Origin: Escherichia coli
GTDB lineage: Bacteria; Pseudomonadota; Gammaproteobacteria; Enterobacterales; Enterobacteriaceae
Reading direction: 5' to 3' (one strand)
NCBI RefSeq assembly: GCF_003334405.1
Contig: NZ_QOWM01000026.1
DNA length: 37,729 bases
Shown here: piece by piece, positions 1 to 9,817 of the stretch
How the letters are laid out: each line of letters opens with the position of its first letter
Position numbering within the stretch: position 1 is the first letter of the stretch
The notes under the pieces: model-generated
The model's input: only the letters and a program-made list of their open reading frames with translations
Database searches by the model: none
Told to the model about the DNA's origin: nothing
Made by a program: the position numbers and the translations under genes

Positions 1-102
1 GCTGAACTGTTGCTGGAAGACTACAAAGCCTCCCTGAAATATCTCAGCGATCACCCGAAACTGCAGGGTATTGCCCAACAGAACAGCTTTAAACATACCT
101 GA
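1..102 (+). CDS. gadB: glutamate decarboxylase beta, 3-prime terminal fragment (gene begins upstream of window)
   Basis: Frame-1 translation of bases 1-102 gives [37 protein letters not shown], which I recognise as the GadB C-terminus; gadC follows as in the gadBC operon. Confidence 0.8.
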
Positions 103-122
103 TAACGTTTAACGGTAACGGT

Positions 123-148
123 GTCCCGAAACGAACCCGTTTCGGGAC
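123..148 (+). promoter_or_regulatory. intergenic stem-loop between gadB and gadC (gtcccgaaacg / cgtttcgggac, 4-nt loop)
   Basis: Perfect 11-bp inverted repeat read directly from sequence; no U-tract follows, so it is more likely an mRNA processing/stability element than a full terminator. Confidence 0.35.
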
Positions 149-257
149 AATTTCCAAAGTCTGTTCACTGGCATTAGCAACGGAAAATATTGTTCTGAAT
201 ACGCTTCAGAACAAAACAGGTGCGGTTCCGACAGGAATACCGTTTTAGGGGGATAAT

Positions 258-1793
258 ATGGCTACATCAGTACAGACAGGTAAAGCTAAGCAGCTCACAT
301 TACTTGGATTCTTTGCCATAACGGCATCGATGGTAATGGCTGTTTATGAATACCCTACCTTCGCAACATCGGGCTTTTCATTAGTCTTCTTCCTGCTATT
401 AGGCGGGATTTTATGGTTTATTCCCGTGGGACTTTGTGCTGCGGAAATGGCCACCGTCGACGGCTGGGAAGAAGGTGGTGTCTTCGCCTGGGTATCAAAT
501 ACTCTGGGGCCGAGATGGGGATTTGCAGCGATCTCATTTGGCTATCTGCAAATCGCCATTGGTTTTATTCCGATGCTCTATTTCGTGTTAGGGGCACTCT
601 CCTACATCCTGAAATGGCCAGCGCTGAATGAAGACCCCATTACCAAAACTATTGCAGCACTCATCATTCTTTGGGCGCTGGCATTAACGCAGTTTGGTGG
701 CACGAAATACACGGCGCGAATTGCTAAAGTTGGCTTCTTCGCCGGTATCCTGTTACCTGCATTTATTTTGATCGCATTAGCGGCTATTTATCTGCACTCC
801 GGTGCCCCCGTTGCTATCGAAATGGATTCGAAGACCTTCTTCCCTGACTTCTCTAAAGTGGGCACCCTGGTAGTATTTGTTGCCTTCATTTTGAGTTATA
901 TGGGCGTAGAAGCATCCGCAACCCACGTCAATGAAATGAGCAACCCAGGGCGCGACTATCCGTTGGCTATGTTACTGCTGATGGTGGCGGCAATCTGCTT
1001 AAGCTCTGTTGGTGGTTTGTCTATTGCGATGGTCATTCCGGGTAATGAAATCAACCTCTCCGCAGGGGTAATGCAAACCTTTACCGTTCTGATGTCCCAT
1101 GTGGCACCAGAAATTGAGTGGACGGTTCGCGTGATCTCCGCACTGCTGTTGCTGGGTGTTCTGGCGGAAATCGCCTCCTGGATTGTTGGTCCTTCTCGCG
1201 GGATGTATGTCACAGCGCAGAAAAACCTGCTGCCAGCGGCATTCGCTAAAATGAACAAAAATGGCGTACCGGTAACGCTGGTCATTTCGCAGCTGGTGAT
1301 TACGTCTATCGCGTTGATCATCCTCACCAATACCGGTGGCGGTAACAACATGTCCTTCCTGATCGCACTGGCGCTGACGGTGGTGATTTATCTGTGTGCT
1401 TATTTCATGCTGTTTATTGGCTACATTGTGTTGGTTCTTAAACATCCTGACTTAAAACGCACATTTAATATCCCTGGTGGTAAAGGGGTGAAACTGGTCG
1501 TGGCAATTGTCGGTCTGCTGACTTCAATTATGGCGTTTATTGTTTCCTTCCTGCCGCCGGATAACATCCAGGGTGATTCTACCGATATGTATGTTGAATT
1601 ACTGGTTGTTAGTTTCCTGGTGGTACTTGCCCTGCCCTTTATTCTCTATGCTGTTCATGATCGTAAAGGCAAAGCAAATACCGGCGTCACTCTGGAGCCA
1701 ATCAACAGTCAGAACGCACCAAAAGGTCACTTCTTCCTGCACCCGCGTGCACGTTCACCACACTATATTGTGATGAATGACAAGAAACACTAA
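258..1793 (+). CDS. gadC: glutamate:GABA antiporter (APC family), acid resistance
   Basis: ORF track 511 aa; highly hydrophobic multi-helix protein recognised as GadC; directly downstream of gadB 3-prime end. Confidence 0.95.
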   Translation: MATSVQTGKAKQLTLLGFFAITASMVMAVYEYPTFATSGFSLVFFLLLGGILWFIPVGLCAAEMATVDGWEEGGVFAWVSNTLGPRWGFAAISFGYLQIAIGFIPMLYFVLGALSYILKWPALNEDPITKTIAALIILWALALTQFGGTKYTARIAKVGFFAGILLPAFILIALAAIYLHSGAPVAIEMDSKTFFPDFSKVGTLVVFVAFILSYMGVEASATHVNEMSNPGRDYPLAMLLLMVAAICLSSVGGLSIAMVIPGNEINLSAGVMQTFTVLMSHVAPEIEWTVRVISALLLLGVLAEIASWIVGPSRGMYVTAQKNLLPAAFAKMNKNGVPVTLVISQLVITSIALIILTNTGGGNNMSFLIALALTVVIYLCAYFMLFIGYIVLVLKHPDLKRTFNIPGGKGVKLVVAIVGLLTSIMAFIVSFLPPDNIQGDSTDMYVELLVVSFLVVLALPFILYAVHDRKGKANTGVTLEPINSQNAPKGHFFLHPRARSPHYIVMNDKKH

Positions 1794-1818
1794 CCATGTC
1801 TGAATGGTTATAAGACAA

Positions 1819-1846
1819 GGGAGCGATAATTCATCGCTCCCTTTTT
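1819..1846 (+). terminator. rho-independent terminator after gadC
   Basis: 9-bp stem gggagcgat / atcgctccc with loop aattc, followed by TTTTT at 1842-1846. Confidence 0.7.
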
Positions 1847-1923
1847 CGTGCTTGCTGTCGTATTGACTTAACGGGGATAAGTACGAGAATGAGCGCACAT
1901 CTGTTTACCGGAAACCAGCACAT

Positions 1924-3243
1924 ATGGATATCTGCTCCCGAAACAAGAAATTAACGATTAGAAGACCAGCGATACTAGTTGCACTGGCACTTTTACTGTG
2001 TAGTTGTAAAAGCACGCCTCCAGAGTCCATGGTGACACCACCAGCAGGTTCAAAGCCACCAGCCACGACGCAACAATCGTCACAACCGATGCGTGGCATC
2101 TGGCTGGCCACGGTTTCTCGGCTCGACTGGCCACCGGTTTCCTCGGTTAACATTAGTAACCCCACCAGCCGGGCCCGTGTACAACAACAGGCGATGATCG
2201 ACAAACTGGATCATCTGCAACGTCTCGGCATAAACACGGTCTTTTTCCAGGTCAAGCCGGACGGTACCGCCCTGTGGCCATCGAAAATTTTGCCGTGGTC
2301 CGATCTTATGACCGGTAAGATTGGTGAAAATCCGGGTTACGATCCGCTGCAATTTATGCTCGACGAAGCCCACAAGCGTGGGATGAAAGTACACGCCTGG
2401 TTTAACCCCTATCGCGTATCGGTTAATACGAAGCCCAGTACTATCAGGGAACTGAATAGCACTCTGTCTCAACAACCGGCGAGCGTCTATGTGCAACACC
2501 GCGACTGGATCAGAACGTCTGGCGATCGCTTTGTCCTCGACCCGGGCATCCCTGAGGTTCAGGACTGGATCACATCAATAGTCGCAGAAGTGGTTTCCCG
2601 CTATCCCGTAGATGGCGTGCAGTTTGACGACTATTTCTATACGGAGTCACCGGGTTCACGGCTAAATGATAACGAAACGTACCGTAAATACGGAGGCGCA
2701 TTTGCGTCAAAAGCAGACTGGCGGCGCAACAATACTCAGCAGTTAATTGCAAAGGTATCGCACACCATTAAAAGCATTAAGCCGGGAGTCGAATTTGGTG
2801 TTAGCCCGGCAGGCGTGTGGCGTAACCGATCACACGATCCGCTCGGTTCCGATACCCGAGGCGCGGCAGCCTATGACGAATCCTACGCTGACACCCGTCG
2901 ATGGGTGGAACAAGGATTGCTGGATTACATTGCTCCCCAAATTTACTGGCCGTTCTCACGGAGTGCCGCGCGTTATGACGTGTTGGCAAAATGGTGGGCG
3001 GATGTCGTTAAACCGACCAGGACCCGCCTGTATATCGGTATCGCCTTCTATAAAGTGGGTGAACCTTCAAAGATAGAGCCAGACTGGATGATTAACGGCG
3101 GCGTACCGGAACTGAAAAAGCAGCTCGATCTTAACGATGCTGTGCCCGAAATTAGCGGCACCATCTTGTTCCGTGAGGACTATCTGAATAAACCGCAGAC
3201 TCAACAAGCGGTCAGCTATCTGCAAAGTCGCTGGGGCAGTTAA
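1924..3243 (+). CDS. yddW: lipoprotein YddW, glycoside-hydrolase-like fold, function unknown
   Basis: ORF track 439 aa; N-terminus has signal peptide ending in lipobox LLLCSC; recognised as YddW. Confidence 0.9.
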   Translation: MDICSRNKKLTIRRPAILVALALLLCSCKSTPPESMVTPPAGSKPPATTQQSSQPMRGIWLATVSRLDWPPVSSVNISNPTSRARVQQQAMIDKLDHLQRLGINTVFFQVKPDGTALWPSKILPWSDLMTGKIGENPGYDPLQFMLDEAHKRGMKVHAWFNPYRVSVNTKPSTIRELNSTLSQQPASVYVQHRDWIRTSGDRFVLDPGIPEVQDWITSIVAEVVSRYPVDGVQFDDYFYTESPGSRLNDNETYRKYGGAFASKADWRRNNTQQLIAKVSHTIKSIKPGVEFGVSPAGVWRNRSHDPLGSDTRGAAAYDESYADTRRWVEQGLLDYIAPQIYWPFSRSAARYDVLAKWWADVVKPTRTRLYIGIAFYKVGEPSKIEPDWMINGGVPELKKQLDLNDAVPEISGTILFREDYLNKPQTQQAVSYLQSRWGS

Positions 3244-3606
3244 ACTCCCATTCTTACTTTGTAACAAGCCGGTGCTTTACCCACCGGCTTGTTACCCTCT
3301 TAAACTATCCCACTAATAATCATGCTTACTTAAGTCAAATTAACCACACTTAGTTAAACAGCCATAAATCCCTAATAAAAATGTATGAATATGAAAAACC
3401 ATACGATATTCGCTGTCACCGAAAAATAATTACGATGGGCTATACTCTTCTGAAGAACAGTAGCGTAGATTGAAACTGTCCTAAATCGCTTATTTCTTTT
3501 CAGTATATCTTCATATTTCAGGAGAATATGGTGCAGTTAGTCGATCTCGCACGTTGCGTTTCATTTTGATTCCGTCTGATTTCCCAGCCTTATAAGGGTG
3601 TGAATT

Positions 3607-4989
3607 ATGGAGATGTATTTTAAAAGAATGAAAGATGAGTGGACCGGACTTGTCGAACAGGCAGATCCGCCCATTCGTGCTAAAGCCGCGGAAATTGCCG
3701 TTGCGCATGCTCATTATCTGAGTATCGAGTTTTATCGAATTGTCCGCATCGACCCGCATGCCGAAGAATTCTTGAGTAATGAACAAGTTGAGCGGCAGTT
3801 GAAGAGTGCGATGGAACGCTGGATTATTAACGTGCTTTCTGCCCAGGTTGACGATGTCGAAAGGCTAATACAAATCCAGCATACCGTCGCGGAAGTGCAT
3901 GCCCGCATAGGAATTCCGGTAGAAATTGTCGAGATGGGGTTTCGGGTGCTGAAAAAAATCCTCTATCCGGTGATCTTCTCTTCGGATTATTCCGCCGCAG
4001 AAAAACTTCAGGTCTACCATTTCTCGATTAACAGTATTGATATCGCGATGGAAGTGATGACTCGCGCGTTTACCTTTAGTGACAGTAGTGCCTCAAAGGA
4101 AGATGAAAACTATCGTATCTTCTCGTTACTGGAAAACGCCGAAGAAGAAAAAGAACGGCAAATAGCCTCAATACTTTCATGGGAAATAGATATTATCTAT
4201 AAAATCCTGCTGGATTCTGATTTAGGCAGTAGTTTGCCTTTAAGCCAGGCTGATTTTGGCCTGTGGTTTAACCATAAAGGTCGACATTATTTTAGTGGTA
4301 TTGCCGAAGTAGGCCATATCTCCCGTCTGATTCAGGATTTCGACGGTATTTTCAATCAAACCATGCGTAACACCAGAAATTTGAATAACAGAAGTCTGCG
4401 GGTGAAATTTTTATTACAGATAAGAAATACCGTATCGCAAATTATTACCTTGCTGCGTGAATTGTTTGAAGAAGTATCGCGCCACGAAGTCGGTATGGAT
4501 GTACTGACGAAATTACTTAACCGCCGTTTCCTACCGACTATCTTCAAACGCGAAATTGCCCATGCCAACCGGACCGGTACACCGCTGTCAGTGCTGATTA
4601 TTGACGTTGATAAATTCAAAGAGATCAACGATACGTGGGGCCATAACACTGGTGATGAAATTCTGCGTAAAGTCTCTCAGGCCTTTTATGACAACGTCCG
4701 CAGTAGTGATTATGTTTTCCGCTACGGGGGCGATGAATTTATCATTGTTTTGACTGAAGCTTCTGAAAACGAAACGTTACGTACCGCAGAACGTATTCGC
4801 AGTCGGGTGGAGAAAACCAAACTGAAAGCCGCAAACGGCGAAGATATTGCCCTCTCACTTTCCATCGGTGCCGCCATGTTTAATGGTCATCCTGACTATG
4901 AGCGCCTCATTCAAATAGCCGATGAAGCTCTGTATATCGCCAAAAGACGAGGTAGAAACCGTGTTGAACTCTGGAAAGCCAGTCTTTAG
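3607..4989 (+). CDS. dosC: globin-coupled oxygen-sensing diguanylate cyclase (GGDEF)
   Basis: ORF track 460 aa; C-terminal GGDEF-domain motifs (RYGGDEF) visible in translation; recognised as DosC/YddV. Confidence 0.93.
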   Translation: MEMYFKRMKDEWTGLVEQADPPIRAKAAEIAVAHAHYLSIEFYRIVRIDPHAEEFLSNEQVERQLKSAMERWIINVLSAQVDDVERLIQIQHTVAEVHARIGIPVEIVEMGFRVLKKILYPVIFSSDYSAAEKLQVYHFSINSIDIAMEVMTRAFTFSDSSASKEDENYRIFSLLENAEEEKERQIASILSWEIDIIYKILLDSDLGSSLPLSQADFGLWFNHKGRHYFSGIAEVGHISRLIQDFDGIFNQTMRNTRNLNNRSLRVKFLLQIRNTVSQIITLLRELFEEVSRHEVGMDVLTKLLNRRFLPTIFKREIAHANRTGTPLSVLIIDVDKFKEINDTWGHNTGDEILRKVSQAFYDNVRSSDYVFRYGGDEFIIVLTEASENETLRTAERIRSRVEKTKLKAANGEDIALSLSIGAAMFNGHPDYERLIQIADEALYIAKRRGRNRVELWKASL

Positions 4990-5013
4990 ATGCGCCAGGA
5001 TGCAGAGGTAATC

Positions 5014-7413
5014 ATGAAGCTAACCGATGCGGATAATGCCGCCGATGGCATTTTTTTCCCCGCCCTTGAGCAAAATATGATGGGTGCGGTGTTAATTAAC
5101 GAAAATGATGAAGTGATGTTTTTCAACCCCGCCGCAGAGAAGCTCTGGGGATACAAACGTGAAGAAGTCATTGGCAATAACATTGATATGCTGATTCCGC
5201 GGGATTTGCGTCCTGCGCATCCTGAATACATTCGTCACAACCGTGAAGGCGGTAAAGCGCGTGTTGAGGGGATGAGTCGGGAGCTGCAGCTGGAGAAAAA
5301 AGACGGCAGTAAAATCTGGACCCGTTTTGCGCTATCGAAAGTGAGCGCCGAGGGGAAAGTTTATTACCTGGCGCTGGTACGGGATGCCAGCGTAGAAATG
5401 GCGCAAAAAGAACAGACCCGACAATTGATTATTGCCGTTGACCATCTCGACCGACCGGTGATTGTCCTCGATCCGGAACGCCATATTGTGCAGTGCAATC
5501 GCGCATTTACCGAAATGTTTGGTTACTGCATTAGCGAAGCCAGCGGTATGCAGCCCGATACACTCCTGAACATTCCTGAATTCCCTGCCGATAACCGCAT
5601 TCGTTTACAACAGTTGCTATGGAAAACCGCCCGCGATCAGGACGAATTTCTGCTGTTGACGCGCACCGGTGAAAAAATCTGGATTAAAGCCTCTATCAGC
5701 CCGGTTTATGACGTGCTCGCGCATCTGCAGAACCTGGTAATGACTTTCTCGGATATCACCGAAGAACGGCAGATTCGCCAGCTTGAAGGCAATATTCTCG
5801 CCGCCATGTGCAGCAGCCCGCCATTTCATGAAATGGGGGAAATCATTTGTCGTAACATCGAATCTGTACTCAACGAATCGCATGTTTCGCTGTTCGCACT
5901 GCGCAACGGGATGCCGATACACTGGGCGTCATCTTCCCACGGTGCAGAAATTCAAAATGCGCAAAGCTGGTCAGCGACCATTCGTCAGCGTGATGGCGCG
6001 CCTGCGGGGATCCTGCAAATTAAAACCTCGTCAGGAGCAGAAACCAGCGCCTTTATCGAACGCGTGGCAGATATCAGCCAGCATATGGCCGCGCTGGCGC
6101 TGGAACAGGAAAAAAGCCGTCAGCATATTGAACAACTCATCCAATTTGATCCGATGACCGGTCTGCCAAATCGCAATAACCTGCACAATTACCTCGATGA
6201 CCTGGTCGACAAAGCCGTCTCTCCCGTGGTGTATCTCATCGGTGTTGACCATATTCAGGATGTGATTGATAGCCTTGGCTATGCGTGGGCCGATCAGGCA
6301 TTGCTGGAAGTGGTCAATCGCTTTCGTGAAAAACTCAAACCGGATCAGTATCTCTGTCGTATCGAAGGTACGCAGTTTGTCCTCGTGAGCCTCGAAAACG
6401 ACGTCAGTAACATTACCCAAATCGCCGATGAGCTACGGAATGTGGTCAGCAAGCCGATAATGATTGACGATAAACCCTTCCCGCTTACCTTGAGTATTGG
6501 CATCAGCTACGACCTGGGTAAAAACCGCGATTACTTGCTCTCCACTGCTCACAATGCAATGGATTATATTCGCAAGAATGGCGGTAACGGCTGGCAGTTC
6601 TTCAGCCCGGCGATGAACGAAATGGTAAAAGAGCGTTTGGTTTTAGGCGCAGCGCTGAAAGAAGCGATTAGCAATAACCAACTGAAACTGGTTTACCAGC
6701 CGCAAATCTTCGCAGAAACGGGTGAACTGTACGGCATCGAAGCCCTTGCTCGCTGGCACGATCCCCTGCATGGTCATGTGCCCCCTTCACGGTTTATTCC
6801 TCTCGCAGAAGAGATTGGTGAAATCGAAAATATTGGGCGCTGGGTCATCGCGGAAGCTTGCCGTCAGTTAGCAGAATGGCGTAGCCAGAATATTCATATC
6901 CCGGCGTTATCCGTGAACTTGTCGGCGCTGCACTTTCGCAGTAATCAACTGCCTAATCAGGTGTCTGATGCAATGCACGCCTGGGGTATTGACGGCCACC
7001 AGCTGACGGTAGAAATCACGGAAAGCATGATGATGGAACACGATACCGAAATCTTTAAGCGCATTCAGATCCTGCGTGATATGGGCGTGGGCTTATCGGT
7101 AGATGATTTTGGTACGGGCTTTTCCGGATTATCCCGCTTAGTCAGTCTTCCGGTAACGGAAATCAAAATTGACAAAAGTTTTGTCGATCGTTGTCTGACC
7201 GAAAAACGCATCCTTGCCTTACTTGAAGCCATTACCAGCATTGGGCAAAGCCTCAATTTAACCGTCGTGGCGGAAGGCGTCGAAACCAAAGAGCAATTTG
7301 AGATGCTACGCAAGATCCACTGTCGCGTTATTCAGGGATATTTCTTTTCCCGCCCCCTACCCGCCGAAGAAATTCCAGGCTGGATGAGCAGCGTGTTACC
7401 GCTGAAAATCTGA
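5014..7413 (+). CDS. dosP: heme-PAS oxygen-sensing c-di-GMP phosphodiesterase (PAS-PAS-GGDEF-EAL)
   Basis: ORF track 807 aa from ATG 4990; I place the start at ATG 5014 (MKLTDADNAADG..., 799 aa) because GAGG lies 5 nt upstream; EAL-domain motifs in C-terminal half. Confidence 0.9.
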   Translation: MKLTDADNAADGIFFPALEQNMMGAVLINENDEVMFFNPAAEKLWGYKREEVIGNNIDMLIPRDLRPAHPEYIRHNREGGKARVEGMSRELQLEKKDGSKIWTRFALSKVSAEGKVYYLALVRDASVEMAQKEQTRQLIIAVDHLDRPVIVLDPERHIVQCNRAFTEMFGYCISEASGMQPDTLLNIPEFPADNRIRLQQLLWKTARDQDEFLLLTRTGEKIWIKASISPVYDVLAHLQNLVMTFSDITEERQIRQLEGNILAAMCSSPPFHEMGEIICRNIESVLNESHVSLFALRNGMPIHWASSSHGAEIQNAQSWSATIRQRDGAPAGILQIKTSSGAETSAFIERVADISQHMAALALEQEKSRQHIEQLIQFDPMTGLPNRNNLHNYLDDLVDKAVSPVVYLIGVDHIQDVIDSLGYAWADQALLEVVNRFREKLKPDQYLCRIEGTQFVLVSLENDVSNITQIADELRNVVSKPIMIDDKPFPLTLSIGISYDLGKNRDYLLSTAHNAMDYIRKNGGNGWQFFSPAMNEMVKERLVLGAALKEAISNNQLKLVYQPQIFAETGELYGIEALARWHDPLHGHVPPSRFIPLAEEIGEIENIGRWVIAEACRQLAEWRSQNIHIPALSVNLSALHFRSNQLPNQVSDAMHAWGIDGHQLTVEITESMMMEHDTEIFKRIQILRDMGVGLSVDDFGTGFSGLSRLVSLPVTEIKIDKSFVDRCLTEKRILALLEAITSIGQSLNLTVVAEGVETKEQFEMLRKIHCRVIQGYFFSRPLPAEEIPGWMSSVLPLKI

Positions 7414-7425
7414 CAAATTCCTCTC

Positions 7426-7449
7426 GCCCGCACTCGCGGGTTTTCATTT
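7426..7449 (+). terminator. candidate terminator after dosP
   Basis: Short GC stem cccgc / gcggg (loop actc) followed by ttttcattt; 13 nt after dosP stop. Confidence 0.4.
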
Positions 7450-7522
7450 AACGTGACACTGTCACTTAAATACTGTGATTTCAGCTACGATTCCGGGAGA
7501 TTCCTTCCTTAACTTCCCCTCT

Positions 7523-7549
7523 TGCACCAAAACTGCACTACGCTGCACA
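7523..7549 (+). promoter_or_regulatory. three TGCAC repeats, candidate NtrC-type enhancer sites for ddp operon
   Basis: TGCACC (7523), TGCACT (7534), TGCACA (7544) about 65-90 bp upstream of the sigma54-like element; resembles NtrC half-sites (TGCACC...GGTGCA). Confidence 0.3.
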
Positions 7550-7610
7550 AATGTTGATCAAAAGTTAAAAAATATAACTTTAAGCCAGCATTCTGGCGCT
7601 TATCCCGGCA

Positions 7611-7626
7611 TGGCATGAGATCTGCA
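7611..7626 (+). promoter_or_regulatory. sigma54 (-24/-12) type promoter upstream of ddpX
   Basis: TGGCATgagatcTGCA: GG and GC dinucleotides at the exact consensus spacing (TGGCACG-N4-TTGC); about 45 bp upstream of ddpX ATG. Confidence 0.5.
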
Positions 7627-7670
7627 TAAGCGGAAAGCGCAGCAATTTTTGTCTTATACAGGAACCGTTT

Positions 7671-8252
7671 ATGTCGGATACCACCGAACTGGTTGATTTA
7701 GCCGTAATCTTCCCTGATCTGGAGATCGAATTGAAATACGCCTGCGCTGATAACATCACAGGTAAAGCTATTTATCAGCAAGCGCGTTGTCTGTTACACA
7801 AGGATGCGATTACCGCGCTGGCGAAAAGTATCAGCATCGCCCAGCTGTCAGGGTTACAACTGGTGATTTACGATGCGTATCGCCCACAACAAGCACAGGC
7901 GATGTTGTGGCAAGCCTGCCCAGACCCGCAATATGTTGTTGATGTGACGGTCGGTTCTAATCACAGCCGTGGCACGGCGATCGACCTGACGCTTCGTGAT
8001 GAGCACGGGAACATCCTCGATATGGGCGCAGGGTTCGATGAAATGCACGAGCGCTCCCATGCCTATCACCCTTCCGTCCCGCCCGCCGCTCAGCGCAATC
8101 GGCTGTTGCTGAATGCGATAATGACTGGTGGCGGTTTTGTCGGTATCTCCAGCGAATGGTGGCACTTCGAATTACCCCAGGCAGCGAGTTACCCTCTGCT
8201 CGCTGATCAATTCTCTTGTTTTATATCCCCTGGCACACAGCACGTCAGTTAA
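7671..8252 (+). CDS. ddpX: D-Ala-D-Ala dipeptidase (VanX homologue)
   Basis: ORF track 193 aa; recognised as DdpX; first gene of ddp operon. Confidence 0.93.
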   Translation: MSDTTELVDLAVIFPDLEIELKYACADNITGKAIYQQARCLLHKDAITALAKSISIAQLSGLQLVIYDAYRPQQAQAMLWQACPDPQYVVDVTVGSNHSRGTAIDLTLRDEHGNILDMGAGFDEMHERSHAYHPSVPPAAQRNRLLLNAIMTGGGFVGISSEWWHFELPQAASYPLLADQFSCFISPGTQHVS

Positions 8253-8265
8253 TCAGGAAACTGTC

Positions 8266-9816
8266 ATGAAGAGATCGATATCGTTTCGTCCCACATTGCT
8301 CGCGCTCGTCCTTGCCACAAATTTCCCGGTTGCGCACGCCGCCGTACCAAAAGATATGCTGGTGATTGGTAAGGCCGCCGATCCACAAACCCTCGACCCG
8401 GCGGTAACAATAGATAATAACGACTGGACAGTGACCTACCCGTCTTATCAGCGGCTGGTTCAGTACAAAACGGACGGTGATAAAGGCTCAACCGACGTTG
8501 AAGGCGATCTGGCAAGTAGCTGGAAAGCGTCTGACGATCAAAAAGAGTGGACGTTCACCCTGAAAGATAATGCTAAATTTGCCGATGGCACACCTGTCAC
8601 TGCCGAAGCAGTAAAACTTTCTTTTGAGCGGCTACTAAAAATCGGCCAGGGGCCAGCAGAAGCATTTCCCAAAGATTTAAAGATTGATGCTCCCGACGAA
8701 CATACGGTGAAGTTTACCCTTAGCCAACCATTCGCACCGTTCCTCTACACGCTGGCGAATGACGGTGCATCCATTATCAATCCGGCGGTCTTAAAGGAAC
8801 ATGCAGCGGATGATGCTCGCGGCTTCCTCGCGCAAAATACCGCCGGTTCCGGACCATTTATGCTGAAAAGCTGGCAAAAAGGTCAGCAATTAGTTCTGGT
8901 GCCAAATCCGCATTACCCAGGCAATAAACCGAACTTCAAACGGGTATCGGTAAAAATTATTGGTGAAAGTGCCTCCCGTCGCCTGCAGCTCTCCCGTGGC
9001 GACATTGACATTGCCGATGCGCTGCCGGTGGATCAACTCAACGCCCTGAAGCAGGAAAATAAAGTCAATGTGGCAGAGTATCCGTCACTGCGCGTTACCT
9101 ATCTGTATCTGAATAACAGCAAAGCGCCTCTTAATCAGGCGGATCTGCGTCGGGCCATTTCCTGGTCTACCGATTATCAGGGCATGGTTAACGGCATTCT
9201 GAGTGGTAACGGAAAACAGATGCGCGGCCCGATTCCGGAAGGCATGTGGGGCTACGATGCGACGGCAATGCAATACAACCATGACGAAACGAAAGCCAAA
9301 GCCGAATGGGATAAAGTGACGAGCAAACCCACCAGCCTGACGTTTCTCTACTCCGATAACGATCCGAACTGGGAGCCTATTGCTCTGGCGACACAATCCA
9401 GTCTCAACAAGCTGGGCATCATTGTGAAGCTGGAAAAGCTGGCGAACGCCACCATGCGCGACAGAGTGGGTAAAGGTGATTACGACATTGCGATTGGCAA
9501 CTGGAGTCCGGATTTTGCCGACCCGTATATGTTTATGAATTACTGGTTTGAGTCAGACAAAAAAGGTCTGCCGGGTAACCGCTCGTTCTATGAAAACAGT
9601 GAGGTCGATAAGTTACTGCGCAATGCGCTTGCGACCACCGACCAGACGCAGCGTACCCGGGACTACCAGCAGGCACAGAAAATCGTCATTGATGACGCTG
9701 CTTATGTGTACCTGTTCCAGAAAAACTACCAACTGGCGATGAACAAAGAGGTGAAAGGCTTTGTGTTCAATCCCATGCTGGAACAGGTCTTCAATATCAA
9801 TACCATGAGTAAATAA
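8266..9816 (+). CDS. ddpA: periplasmic D-Ala-D-Ala/dipeptide binding protein of ABC transporter
   Basis: ORF track gives 562 aa from 8128 overlapping ddpX; I use internal ATG 8266 (MKRSISFRPTLLALVLATNFPVAHA, a typical signal peptide), giving 516 aa. Confidence 0.9.
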   Translation: MKRSISFRPTLLALVLATNFPVAHAAVPKDMLVIGKAADPQTLDPAVTIDNNDWTVTYPSYQRLVQYKTDGDKGSTDVEGDLASSWKASDDQKEWTFTLKDNAKFADGTPVTAEAVKLSFERLLKIGQGPAEAFPKDLKIDAPDEHTVKFTLSQPFAPFLYTLANDGASIINPAVLKEHAADDARGFLAQNTAGSGPFMLKSWQKGQQLVLVPNPHYPGNKPNFKRVSVKIIGESASRRLQLSRGDIDIADALPVDQLNALKQENKVNVAEYPSLRVTYLYLNNSKAPLNQADLRRAISWSTDYQGMVNGILSGNGKQMRGPIPEGMWGYDATAMQYNHDETKAKAEWDKVTSKPTSLTFLYSDNDPNWEPIALATQSSLNKLGIIVKLEKLANATMRDRVGKGDYDIAIGNWSPDFADPYMFMNYWFESDKKGLPGNRSFYENSEVDKLLRNALATTDQTQRTRDYQQAQKIVIDDAAYVYLFQKNYQLAMNKEVKGFVFNPMLEQVFNINTMSK

Positions 9817-9817
9817 C

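Noticed and set aside
413-631. 72-aa alternative-frame ORF inside gadC
   Set aside because: Nested within a well-supported membrane protein gene; no support
8128-8265. Upstream extension of ddpA overlapping the ddpX 3-prime end (ORF track start 8128)
   Set aside because: The internal ATG at 8266 starts a textbook signal peptide and avoids a 125-bp overlap with ddpX
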